DNA of 64,000 nucleotides, from assembly GCA_003693705.1 (NCBI GenBank), contig RBZT01000267.1:62001-126000 (forward strand), written 5' to 3'. Made by a program: the position numbers and the translations under genes. Source of the DNA: Polymyxa betae A26-41 (taxonomy: Eukaryota > Protista > Endomyxa: Phytomyxea). Every line of letters starts with the position of its first letter. Positions within the stretch are counted from its first letter, which is position 1. The notes below the pieces were generated by a model. It made no database searches. It was not told the origin of the DNA and saw nothing but the letters and a program-made list of their open reading frames with translations. Positions 25,706 through 37,644 of this stretch are shown here, one piece after another.

Positions 25706-25900
25706 GCACGATGCAATAAGAGTTCAGAAGTCAGTATGCCTTCCCATGTTTACTGGAGCCACTATTCTATCGCACTGGTAAAATTTTCGTTACTGGCCGT
25801 CGAAGCGGTCGTACTGGTTCACGACATAACACGGCGTGACTTTGAGGGTTTCCCACTTTCATAGTTGCATATGAGCAACAACCTATTCCCCCTATTATCG

Positions 25901-26366
25901 ATGATGAAAGCCTTCAGCATACTGACGATCTGTTTTCTGGTCATTGTGACGTCGGCGGCGCAAGACTCCTGCCTAGGTGAGCACGACCAAGCAAAAGTCA
26001 ATGATCAGGCGGCCATGCAACATCAGCTGGAGGAATGTGGCCGGAAATGCTGGGGTCAATCAGCTTGCACAAGCAAATGCATGGTCCAGAATGCAGATCT
26101 AACTGCAGACTGTGCCGCATGGTAATCGATTAGCCATCGCATCCCAATCGGATCGCTGATAGTCAGAAATCAGTTTTGGAACAGAGGTTCAGTGCACAGC
26201 GACTTACTGCGCGAAGCAGTGCATGTTCCATGCAGATAGCGAAGCCTGCACAGGATGCTCGATGGCGCATTGTGGAAACGCCTTCGAACAATGCACAGGA
26301 TTGAAGATTGGAATCACCAGCTCAACGACTATTCACCTAAGAGACGAAATCGTGCAAATTGCTTGA
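25901..26366 (+). CDS. Small secreted cysteine-rich protein (14 Cys after the signal peptide), candidate effector
   Basis: Signal peptide MMKAFSILTICFLVIVTSAA. Intron 26122-26173 joins CAA-C|FGTEVQC. Stop at 26366. Confidence 0.8.
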
Positions 26367-26564
26367 ACTGCACAAGTACCTATCAGGTCAACTTATAGCC
26401 TACACAGTTCTCGCCTAATTTCAATAAAAATCTCTCGTTGCTGAAAGCTCTTTAAAAAATGTTGAAAAGCTTTTATAAAGTCCGTGCGGGAATGTATTGA
26501 ATATTAGTCTGATTGTTATTCGAAAGCTGAATTGATAATCGACCGGTCTGCTTTTGGCTACAGA

Positions 26565-27074
26565 ATGTCACATACTCAGAACGGGTATCTTATTTGCCAG
26601 CCGTTCTGTTTTGTAGTTGGAAGGCGACCGTTTGGGTTCCCGTCTGTGAAGGCTGGTAATCTGATCGATTTCTTAGAAGCGACAATGGCATCGAAGGCGG
26701 GATTTCATTGATGCATGTCGATGATACGAATGGAGCAACTCCAGTTACGAAGGAACGGGTTACGACTCGTTATATGACCAAATATGAGAAGGCTCGAGTT
26801 CTTGGTACACGTGCTCTTCAAATCAGGTATCTTCGTTTATTTTCTCTCTATTTTTGTCGTTTTCGAGATATCTCTTCTAGTTCAAGTTTCTACAGCAAGT
26901 TAACTCCGTTCCAGCATGAACGCGCCCGTGATGGTTGATCTGGAAGGCGAGACAGATCCTTTAGAAATCGCAATGAAGGAGTTGCGAGAAAGGAAAATTC
27001 CCATCGTCATCAGGCGCTACCTACCTGACATGTCGTATGAAGATTGGCCAATAGATGAACTTATCATTGAATAA
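26565..27074 (+). CDS. RPB6: RNA polymerases I/II/III common subunit RPB6 (5' exons uncertain)
   Basis: '[24 protein letters not shown]|[44 protein letters not shown]'. Confidence 0.95.
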
Positions 27075-27730
27075 GAATGTTTAAATTATACAACGGTCGA
27101 CATCTTGACCTATACGATGGCCCTATTATATGCATTAGTCTGCCTTCGGTGCAGCCATCGGCTTTGCTCTCCAAATGCTTAGATAGAAACGCGCCTTATG
27201 ACCAATGATCTAGCTTACTGGCCCGTTTCGAGAAATTTACCTCCGTAGAATTTCAAAACAAAATCAAAGCTGCTGTATACAAAAAACTTCTAACAACTGA
27301 AATACAGCATGCCAGCATATTGTAGTATTTAAAGGAAGGAGATTTTAATCGTTTTTGTGAAAGACCAAAACCAGGTAACCAGAGGTCTGGGATTCTACCT
27401 AAGACGAGCCTTCTTCACGAAGAGCACCATTACACGCAGTAAGTAGAAACTTCACCGAATCTGACGACAAAGGCTATCATGATCGCAGAACGAATCGACC
27501 TACAAACTGCAATGAATAGAGTCAGATATAAGAGACTCCTCTGAACCTTCCGTGAAGAAAATCAACAGCACCGATGTGTTGCATCAGAACTGGCTGGGCG
27601 GGGTTCAGTCTCGCATTTTTTCTGTCGGGTCGCTCACATTTCTATCTTGATATTGCATACCTATTTGATCTAGTGTAGACAAACCCTCTCTCTCTCTATC
27701 CCATTCACCTACAGCTGCTGATCGTCGATC

Positions 27731-29758
27731 ATGGTGTCGGACCATCCGGCCGGCGACTTAGAGACCCAGTCTTGCCTGCCGAATCCGCAGGCGGGAGAAG
27801 TGCGTCCGATTGTAAGCGAGATCTCTGTTTAATGATGCGTTTTGTATTCAGGGATCGTTGAAACAGAATATCCCACCTCCGGGTTCGGAAGGACCGGATG
27901 TAGATCCTGAAGGCAAGCCTTTGTCTATTGCATGTCAGCAGGACGTCGATGAACGTAATACCGACTTGACCGAAAGCGATGCACCTACGGCTATGGAATC
28001 GACTCTTGAAACGCCTCAGGATGATAATTATAATTGCGACTCTTCCAAAAATCCTACTGATGAAGCAGATGCGGCCCTTGAAGTTTGTCAGGATAATATG
28101 CATAATGACGAATCTCCCCAAAATCCTACTAACGATTCGTCCTCTGTGGAAAATCCAACAATCGACACTGCATTTCAAGATCTAGCCGAACCGGAACAAT
28201 ATGCAGTCATTGCTCCTTCTGAGAAGACCGAATCACAAGAAGATGCTTCTTTCAATGATGATAGCCAGAATGCTGTCGCCTCTGTTGTTGAAGGCTGCCT
28301 CCAGAAGATGTATTCTGAAACGGGATTGAATGCAGAGACGACCGCTGTTCAAGGCTCAACGGCTTCTGCCTCAATACCCGACGCGGAAGCTGGTCCCGAT
28401 CAGAACGATCAGGGCTCTATCGATATGGATGTGGATCCTTCACCTTCGGAAGGTACTATCACGATGGCTGTTTATTCTTCGACTAGTGTTGCTCCGGTGA
28501 CTGGTGATAGCTCTGATAAGAAAGATCACATGGTACCTTCCCAGCAGCTACCTGCTGCCGTTAAGGCTAGCGAATCGATTAAGGTTGTCGATTTAAGAGG
28601 AGCGTCTCCAGCATTGAAGAAAAAAACAAGCGATCCTAGGCCAGCTTCAGGTCGTAGACGTTCGCCTCCTCGGGCTCGATCGCCATTTCGACGTATTCGA
28701 AGGTCACCTTTTCGGGGGCCTCGCTCACCCCCGCGAGGCCGGCGTTCGCCGCCACGAAGGAGATCTCCTCCTCGCCTTCGATCTCTGTCACCACGCAGGA
28801 GAGATCGTGCGTTGGAGCCTGGCGATGCGACTTGTCAGATTATCTGCTTAGGTACAGCGCAAAGGTATTTCTTGATTTCATCGCTTTTAATCTGCTCCAT
28901 TAATGATGTGATTCTGAATCGGCTTGCTGCAGTCGATATACCGCGTACTGTATGGACCAGATTCGTGCTGTCGGAATTTCTTGTTCAATGCGGTATTTGG
29001 ATCAGCAGTCGTTATCCGCCGTGATGGGTGCCGTCGTCCACAGTCGTGCGCGCTACGTGATAATCATTGGCAAGGAAAACGAACTGAAGGGTACCGTTAA
29101 CTTTAAAGTGCTTAGCGACAAGGAGCGCAAATCGGTTGCCACCACGATTGAGAATGCGATCAACGTGATGGTGGATCGCGAAAGGCCGATGCTGGAGCGT
29201 GATGGAATGCCACGATCACCCTACCCTAGCGATTATCACGCGAGAAACCCACGGTCCATACGCCACGATGATTATGACGCTTATGCCCCACGATATCCCG
29301 AACCTGATCGATACGCGCCCGAACCTGATCATTACGCGGCTGATCGATATCCTCCTTATGAGCGCGATCCTTACGCTTATTCAGTGCCGGCAGCAGGTCC
29401 ATCTGTTCCCGTGTACCCCTCTCGGCGTGACTATTCGCCACCTCGTGAAAGCTATTCGCGTTATATGCCGCCGCAGCCTTCTGTTGGCACATATTCGCCT
29501 CCACGTGATCTCGGCAGTCTGCAAAATTCGCGATATCAACCTGTGCCGATTTCGGACGGATTCTCTAGGTACTCTCAAGCCTATGGTAGTTACGATCCCC
29601 GTTCAACACCAGCTTCTGCTGCTACTTCGGCGACGACCTATGATCCATACGCCGTGGCCAGTCCTCGGATGCCTTCGAGGGTCGGAGCGAATTCTGCATC
29701 GTATCCGGGTCCGCCGCCTCGTTCGCAATACGACCCGGCCTACGATTATCAATATTAA
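27731..29758 (+). CDS. RS/RSP-repeat nuclear protein with an NCOA5-like anticodon-binding-type domain and a Y/P-rich low-complexity tail
   Basis: Acidic N-terminus and RRSPP repeats (28650-28800), then 'CQIICLG...DQIRAVGISCSMRYLDQQSLSAVM...RYVIIIGKENELKGTVNFKVL'. Introns at ~27812-27852 and ~28865-28932. Confidence 0.6.
29297..29338 (+). repeat. 21-bp coding tandem repeat x2 (PEPDRYA/PEPDHYA)
   Basis: cccgaacctgatcgatacgcg followed by cccgaacctgatcattacgcg. Confidence 0.8.
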
Positions 29759-30057
29759 CTGTGCAGACCTTAGCTTGTGTCAACCATAATACATTCTTAG
29801 TTAGATAGCAATCACGTCGGTCTACTTGTTTTGATTCTGTTTCTAATCTTCCAATACATTTCCGACTCTAGCACACGTTGGATCGTCATGAGTGAGCAGT
29901 TCCGGTAAACTTCGTTACTTTGCCTTGCACAATCGAAAATTCTGTTTTGCGCTTCACGGAGTTGAATATTTTTGTGACGGATCTTCAGAAATGCGGCCAC
30001 ATTTTGTCATTCGCACGGCGAGTCGAGGAGAAAATCTTGCCTGTTGGAGATTGTATA

Positions 30058-31765
30058 ATGGCAGTGCTGGATCGTTTCAACATTGTCCCTCAGGCGCCGT
30101 CGTCGTCGCCCATGATGGCGTCAATGACGGCGCCGCAGAAGAGGCGGCGGACTGGGATGCCCATTTCGACCCCAAGGTCGGCATTGCCGCCGTTCTTGAC
30201 AGCCCTCTGGGATATGGTCGAGAGCGAGGAAAACAACAATGTCATATCCTGGACTAGAAATGGGACGGCTTTCGCTGTTCACGATCCGGAGTCGTTCGAG
30301 CAGGTTTTTCTCACGACGATACTCTGCTTATCGTCTTCTTATGATTGCAACTAGGTGCTGCCGACGTATTTTAAGCATAATCGTTTCACCAGTTTCATAA
30401 GGCAACTGAATATGTATCAGTTTTCGAAAGTAATACTATCTGAGTTTGTTCGAACATGTTTCTCAATTTAGTGCAGGTTTCTGCCGAGACCGGCAACTGG
30501 GAATGGCGGCATGATGGGTTTCGTCGCGATGCCCCCGATCTGATGCATACTATTCAGAGACGAGCCCCGTCATCGTCTGTGACAGTTCCTGCGAATACGT
30601 CGCATCAGCATCAAGCGATCGCCGTCGCATGTGCCCCATTAGGTACACCGGCTAACGGCAATGAATCACTGGTCGTTCAACCAATAGTGGTTCCTTCTAA
30701 TCCGGATCATCATTCGAAAAGCCTCGAGCAACGTGTCTCCGGTACTCCCATGCGTTTTGATGTTGGCTGTTTTCGTTGACATTCTGTGAACATAGAACTC
30801 GAGAAAAGTCGTCTTTCGTTATTGTCAGAATTACGCTATGAGAAGATCGTTCAGCAAAAGATGCAGAAACAGATCGAGACGCTCGAAGGTCAAATGCAGG
30901 TCAGGATACCCTACTAATTTGATCACATCTGTCATTGCTTACTATTTGATGCCCTTACTCAGGCTGTCATGAATTATCTCTTCAAGAACAACAAATACAC
31001 GAATTCTGCTGCACCTCCGAATTTCCACTTAAGTCAGCTTCTGCTAGAAGACAGGAAGCTGTCGCCGAACTCGATGAATGACGGCCCACCAGGAACCGAT
31101 GTAAGCACGCTCTTTCTGTTATTTCAACACGGTATCAATTCGGCTTCCACTTAGGATCTTGGATCCGGTCATGCTACCCCGCCATTCACCGAAGTTTTTA
31201 CGCCTGACGGCAGCATACATCCCACCGCCACGTTTACTGCACCGCAGTCACCTCACTCGATTCCTGACGCCTCCTCGAACGGACTGAGCTCTGTCGATGC
31301 CCTCCTGCTGGATCTCGATCTGAACCTTGAGGATCTACCTCGTTTGCCTGGTATTGCCTTCAGTTTTATCTTTTTCAACGGCTAATTGGCCTTCAGATCT
31401 ACCCGAGTCCCCAAATCTCCCTGATAACCATCACGATCAGCGATATACAGAATGTAATGGGAATCTCTCTGACCAACACAATCCGATCATCACAACGACA
31501 TCTTGCCCTGCAGAAGCTGCCATAAGGTCAGGCTCTCCATCAGCCATTGTACTTGATCAAATCCTTGTTCAGGGATCTGCTTCGATCCGTTGCTGTCTCG
31601 GAAGATGACAACAGGGTCCTATCTAATGCCCAATCGTTGATGCAAAAATTGCTGGAAGAGATGTCATCTGTATTGTCATCCTTCGTTTGGCGTTGCCTGG
31701 CTTCTGACATTTGTACAGGCTTATCACAGGAAAGGTCTAGATACTCTTCTACCTTCCTCGTATGA
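30058..31765 (+). CDS. HSF: Heat-shock transcription factor (HSF DNA-binding domain plus coiled coil)
   Basis: '[65 protein letters not shown]'. Confidence 0.92.
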
Positions 31766-32556
31766 TGGTCTTGGTTGTTGGTTCGTTCGCAACTCGCCCA
31801 AAACCCGATTTCCTGAAGACAAATTAAAATCGGATCCTGAGCCCTGGGCGGTCCTATTTTACGGTCTCAAATCGGGCTCCTAATGTTATTTATAATCATA
31901 TTCTAAACTATACCACACTTATCCCATTTCTAACAAATTCTATTGGGGAGCCATGCTCATCCTAATATGACCAGTATGTTATGCTGAGCTGTTCTAGCTT
32001 CCTGGATTCTGACAGCTTCACTATGTCTTCATTAGGCTGCATTGTATAGCTCTTTCGCCAACAGTCAAGCAGGGCTCGCAGTAATGAGTAACAATCTTTT
32101 GATTGATTGTTGCCTGCCGTAAGTTAGAATTTTCAAATTCGTCCGGTATCAAATCGTTTTCAGAGTGCGAGCTGGTAGGATTGGGTGATATATCAGCACT
32201 TTAGCAGTCAGTGGGAAGTTAATGTGATGGACTTTATTCCTGATTCCGCTTCGAATGTAGCGTCTCTTTCAAACGATCATTTTTCAAACTCATTGTTCTC
32301 GCTTTGATGCACCACATGATACTACTAGATCGAACTTTCAATACAACAGTCGCAATAATTAAACCGACTTGTTGGATTAAGCGAGTTACGTATTTGGGAA
32401 GGAATCATTTCGGGTAGCTTTTGCAGATACGTAGTCGAACTCCTGCGAAAAAGGCAAGCCGCCTTTAATAAGTGCGTGACTTAGAATGTGGCCTAAGAAG
32501 TTGGTTGAAAAATGATTCAATTTCTGGCTCAGATGCTGTATATGAAATAGTCACCA

Positions 32557-34259
32557 ATGCTCTGTCAATCATGTGGATGTCATCTCCAATTCGATAACAG
32601 TCCCGACGATCAATATGTCGACGACGCTGGCGAATCGCATCCGATCACCGTCGATGCATTCTTGACCCATCTCGATTCGGACGATGACTCCAATCTCGAA
32701 GAGCGGGAAAAGATTAAACAATCGTTCGTTCTGCTAAGTATGTCACCGTCTATTACCACTTCGTTTTATAAATATCGTATAGATTGCCCTGAAGCTCATC
32801 CAGGACCCGTTTCTCCTACTTCCAATGCCGATGTTTACAATGCTTTGGAGCATATTATCGAGGTTGCTTCACAAATTACATCGCGAGATCTCCCATTATG
32901 TGCTGTATGCACTGCCAACATCTACAGTGAGCAGAACAAAAAAATACAAGTTGAGTCTGGGCTTTACGGCTCTTTCGTTTACTAAGCATAAACAGGAACT
33001 GGAAGCCGAGAAAGAAGCGTTTGAAAGGGTTTTGCAGTCATTAAACGCCACATTGAAGGAGGCAGAAGAGTCGACGTCCGATAATGAGCCAGTTTGCCAT
33101 TCGGGTTCCGATTGCGATGAAAGCTTAGAACGGGTTTTATTTTGCCATTCGGTTTGCTCGACCCCAATTGACTAGCTCTGCTTAGCAAGAAGCTGAACTT
33201 ATCGAAAGAATTCGACAACTGGTGAAGAAAAAGGGGCTGCTTCGAAATGACCTTGAATCGTTGGAGAAAGAATCGTCGGATCTGAAGCAGCAGGAAGAAG
33301 AGTTGTGTGTTCTGCGTCAATGGTTGCTTTCATCTCATAGTTCGTTTCAGTTTTTGGAAGCAGTATAGGCAATTGTCATCGGCGACGTATCGGAAACAGT
33401 TTGAAGAAGCGGCTCTGTCCGAGATGATCAATCACACCGAACAAGAGCTTGAGCAACTCAAGAAATGCAATGTTTTTGATGATGCCTTTCACATCTACTA
33501 TGAAGGACATTTTGCCACTATCAACGGTTTCAGATTGGGTCGTCTTCCCAGCCAGCCTGTAAGTTTGATTAGAGAGAGGTCGTATCAATGCTGATAAATT
33601 TATAGGTGGATTGGTCTGAGATCAATGCAGCCTTAGGCCAGGCTGTCCTTCTGCTGGATACAATTTCGAAGCGAACCAAAGGTTTTTCCTTTTCAAAGTA
33701 CAAACTTTCGCTATCGAATAATGTTACGGTTTTCAATGGGTTACAGATACGAGCTAATTCCGAAAGGAAGCTTTTCTAAAATGGGCGTTAAGGGCGATAA
33801 GAACACTTACGAGATGTAATGATGAATAGAATGTGATTCATGTTTTGAATTCTCATCACGTGTCTATAGGTATGGATCTAGTGATTTGAGCCTGGGTAAA
33901 CTATGGTGGTATCGAAGATTCGACTCGGCAATGGTTTCACTGCTCCTTATTTTCTCCCAATTGTCTTTGCTGACTCTACCTAGATCAAGTTTGCGGCCTG
34001 TGTTAAGGAATATTGCGAGTTTGCAGAGAAACAATCCGGCAGTAAAATCATGCAATACAAGATCGAAGAGGACATGATAAATGACGTGTCATTAAAGCTT
34101 CAGTTCAATGCAGAAGTTGGCCGGTTTTTTTTACTATTTTCTCAGTAATTGATTTCTGACTCGTTTATTTAGGATAAATGGACCAAAGCGCTAAAATTCC
34201 TCGCCGTCAATCTAAAATATGCTGTCGCCTGGTTTGCGAAGCAGTCGAATTTCGAATAA
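32557..34259 (+). CDS. ATG6: Beclin-1/ATG6/Vps30
   Basis: 'PLCAVC', coiled coil, '[42 protein letters not shown]', 'WTKALKF'. Confidence 0.95.
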
Positions 34260-34356
34260 CGCTTCAGTCTTGAGATGAATGTCATCGTATATCTATTTCG
34301 TTATTTATTCCTGTTATTGTCTCATGCAACAATCGGCGCCTTCCGAGTCAGTAAAC

Positions 34357-35895
34357 TTATAAATTGGCACAACCGTCAATGTTAGGGAACAGATTCAGGT
34401 CAATAAAATATCGCAACTGTTTCAAGAGCAAATCTGTAGTTAACTGAACCGAATATAAGAGTTGAGCTTCTAATGACAGAACTTATACCTGAGGATATTG
34501 ATATCGAAACGGAGTCAGAACCGTGATGGCAGTTCCGTCGATATTCAAGCTGTTATTGCCCAATAAAGTGGCATCTAGGTATGGGCTAATTGGAGTTGAC
34601 CTGATCCCATGATCCATGCATAATTTTTGCCAAGCAGGCACATGCTGTTTTCGGATAACCGATTCAGTTGAAATCAGCTACACAAATTGAGCTGGTGTAC
34701 CTTTTCATTGGCCGATTCGACAACGGAAGAAAAATTCAGCTAAAAAGGATTAGTTTCGAAACTGAAATCGCCATAAAGCTTACTTTGGCCAGATTTGACA
34801 TGATTTTCCCAACAAACCCGGTTTCGATAGCGAAAATTTCCTCCAGTATCGCGTTCAGCTTACCCTGATTTAACGCTGTGCTGTCAGAAACATTGACAAT
34901 GGTCTTGCTGTTCAAGTATGTGGCTGCATGCCAGATTGCATTACAGACATCTATGACATGAACACACGATAAGGACAGGTCTTTTGTCCTGCGTCGCATT
35001 TTAGCAAAACCCATCATTTCATGGTACAGGATGTCATCACCAAAGTACTTTCATCTTCTCTTTCGAGAGCGCGTAAGTGGCTGCCGTTGATAGGCGAGGT
35101 GTCAATGATGTCAAATCTCCACATCCATACACGAGAGATGGTCGAATAATCTACCAGCACCATCAAACAAAGGCATGTTGTGATCTGGGAATATGTCCAC
35201 ACAGACCACTAATGGCAGGCCAGGGATCTCATCTAGCAGTTGCTCGGCCATGTATCGGTACTTTGCCGTTGTCGTCCAGGGTGAGATTGGAGCGGATTCC
35301 TTCGACGGTGACGCATCTGGTTTATACTACAGAACGAGCATTAAGCTGAAATACGTATTGAGTACGTTTGGGGGGATCAGTCTCACCACAGCCGCCGACG
35401 AAACTTCGATCCATTTTTTGACCTTGCCGACAGCCATCCTGCCACATTTCTCGGCGGCGCCAACGATGCGGTTCTGGTAATCTTGATCCGTCATACCGAA
35501 TCGCGTTTCGCCTGAAAATCGACCTTAGACCAGCCTCGCTTTCATTGTGTAGAATTACCACACAGATTGACGACAAATGTCCAGTTGTCGCGACTCTCCG
35601 GATCTGGGAATGCAAACGCCTTCTCGACGTGCGCGTCTTTGGTCAAATCGCACTTCGGGCTCCATTTCAGTCGTGACGAAGATCGCAGCATCCTAAACCT
35701 AATTACCTGGATGAACTGGACTTTGGGATGATGACGGAACAGCTCGATCTGTTTCGCGTCCATGAAGGCCAGAGCTGGCGGGGTCTTATCGCACACTCGA
35801 ATCGAGGCATAGTCATCGGCGTGCTCGTCGATCAGCCATTGGACGAGATTACGACCGATGAAGCCGGTTCCCCCTAGAATCAGAACACTTGCCAT
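34357..35895 (-). CDS. NAD-dependent epimerase/dehydratase (extended SDR)
   Basis: N-terminal Rossmann motif 'VLILGGTGFIGRNLV', later 'VHVIDVCNAIWH'. Multi-exon, stop at 34357. Confidence 0.88.
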
Positions 35896-36382
35896 TGGTT
35901 TTGTTGTCACCTAAATCGAAACCGTTTTGGTATCAATCACTTAGGCACCCAACACACATTGCGTCATCACGACGCCGTAACCTGCGCTATATTGACCAGA
36001 TAAGTTTCATTTGCACCTTTTCCTTCCAGTTTATACGGCAGTTGCTTTATTGTTTTTTAAGCGGCTCATTTGGACTAACGCCGAAACAGAGCTTATTCGA
36101 TGTGAGAACAGACCGCCAAGAACATCTGATGATTCAAAAGGTAGCAAGCTTAGCTGAAAGGTGATATCGGATCGGTATCCATAGGGCCGGCCTCTAAAAC
36201 GGACAGCCGAAAGGGCCTATTCGCATGTCATTCGGAAGCAGAGCAGATATCATCAGCCGGAACTTGACATCGGAATGGCGGGAACCGGAAGCTTGATTTC
36301 GTGAATCACTTCCGGGAAATATTGAGATTCCGAGCCTGATTTCGAGAACTGTCACACTTCAAACCAAACTTCAATCCAAACA

Positions 36383-37311
36383 ATGCTAAAATTGGCGTTT
36401 ATTGCTGGCTTTGCGCTTCTCATTGTTCGCCAAGCCACCGCAAGAGCAATCTCGTATGGCGACGACTGTGAAACGGTATGCGTCCTCACCCGCAGCAATT
36501 TGGCTGATTGCTTAATTGTAAACAATAGGCAAATCCTCCAAGCCTAATGGTTGAACCTCAGGAAGAACAGTGTTCGTCAACGTCGTTCCAGCCATCCGGA
36601 GGCAAATACATCGAAGTTGCAGTTATCACAGCTCCCTCGGGACCAAGTCCCATGGTCCCAGAGTCGTCTTCTTTTTCTGATCCAGCAATCGTTCCTGTGA
36701 CAAATTCATTCGATGACAATAGCGGCTTCGTTGGCGACCCGAAAAGCTCTACATCGGATATCAGCGTCGAGGTTATCGTCGACGATTCACATGAACTGTT
36801 CTTCAACGGAAGAGGCCAGGGCTGGAAGAAATCCGGCTACCAGACTAAAGTCACTTACAATTTCCAAGGTGTGAAATCAGGAGATGTCATTGGCATTAGT
36901 GGCAAAGACCTTCGTGGTTATGCTGGTATGCTGGTGCAGATCAATTTCTTATCTGGACCATATGCTGGCACCAAACATGTCACCAAACAAGGTTGGATCT
37001 GTAGCAGACACAAACCGCAAGACGACTCCTGGATGAAGAGCGATTTCACTAACGCCGGCAAATACAACTGGCGACGACGATTCCTGAATGCTGTTGGCCA
37101 TGGTGGGCGTGACAGCTGGCCTTGGGAAGGTCTCGGTGCTATCCAGACGTACGACCAATCCGCCGAATGGTTCTGGGTTGCCCACAACTTCCTTGTTGAT
37201 AAGGCCTGGTGTCGGTATGAGTTCGACTTTAGCCAGCCCCAGGGCGACAGGAAAGGTGAAAGCAAAAAACGCAACAAGAACGACGATAACGACGACGACG
37301 TCGATGAGTGA
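36383..37311 (+). CDS. Secreted protein with S/P-rich linker and a CBM67/fungal-lectin-like beta-sandwich domain
   Basis: Signal peptide MLKLAFIAGFALLIVRQATA, one intron. Domain motifs 'IVDDSHELFFNG', 'VIGISGKDLRGYAGML', 'WICS..WMKSDF', 'WPW', 'AEWFW', 'CRYEF'. Confidence 0.65.
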
Positions 37312-37644
37312 GGCTCTATGTGATTCCGCTACATAATCTCAATACACAAAGCAATTTTGCTCTGATAGTGCACAGTAACTTTTGTATCATATCATGTAGT
37401 GATTCTGCCAGTGAGGTTGGAGTTAGACATGGCTATAGGCAGTCTAGCTAGGGTTTCACGACACATGGGCTTTATATAGCACGCCCCAGCAAAGGGAAAC
37501 GTAATCATTAGAAGTGCCTGTTGATGGTCACAGGATGTCATTTGATGACCCTCTCATTGACTATCATAATTTTTAAATATCCTATCTCATGATCAGGTCT
37601 CCATGATCGTCGCTGTCCGAATCGATTGCGTTCGCCCATAGTTC

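Noticed and set aside
31800-32500. Possible small minus-strand gene between HSF and ATG6
   Set aside because: Only short open stretches, and I could not build a credible start and splice model.
36250-36320. Repeated CCGGAA motifs in a divergent promoter
   Set aside because: Too short to distinguish from chance without genome-wide enrichment data.
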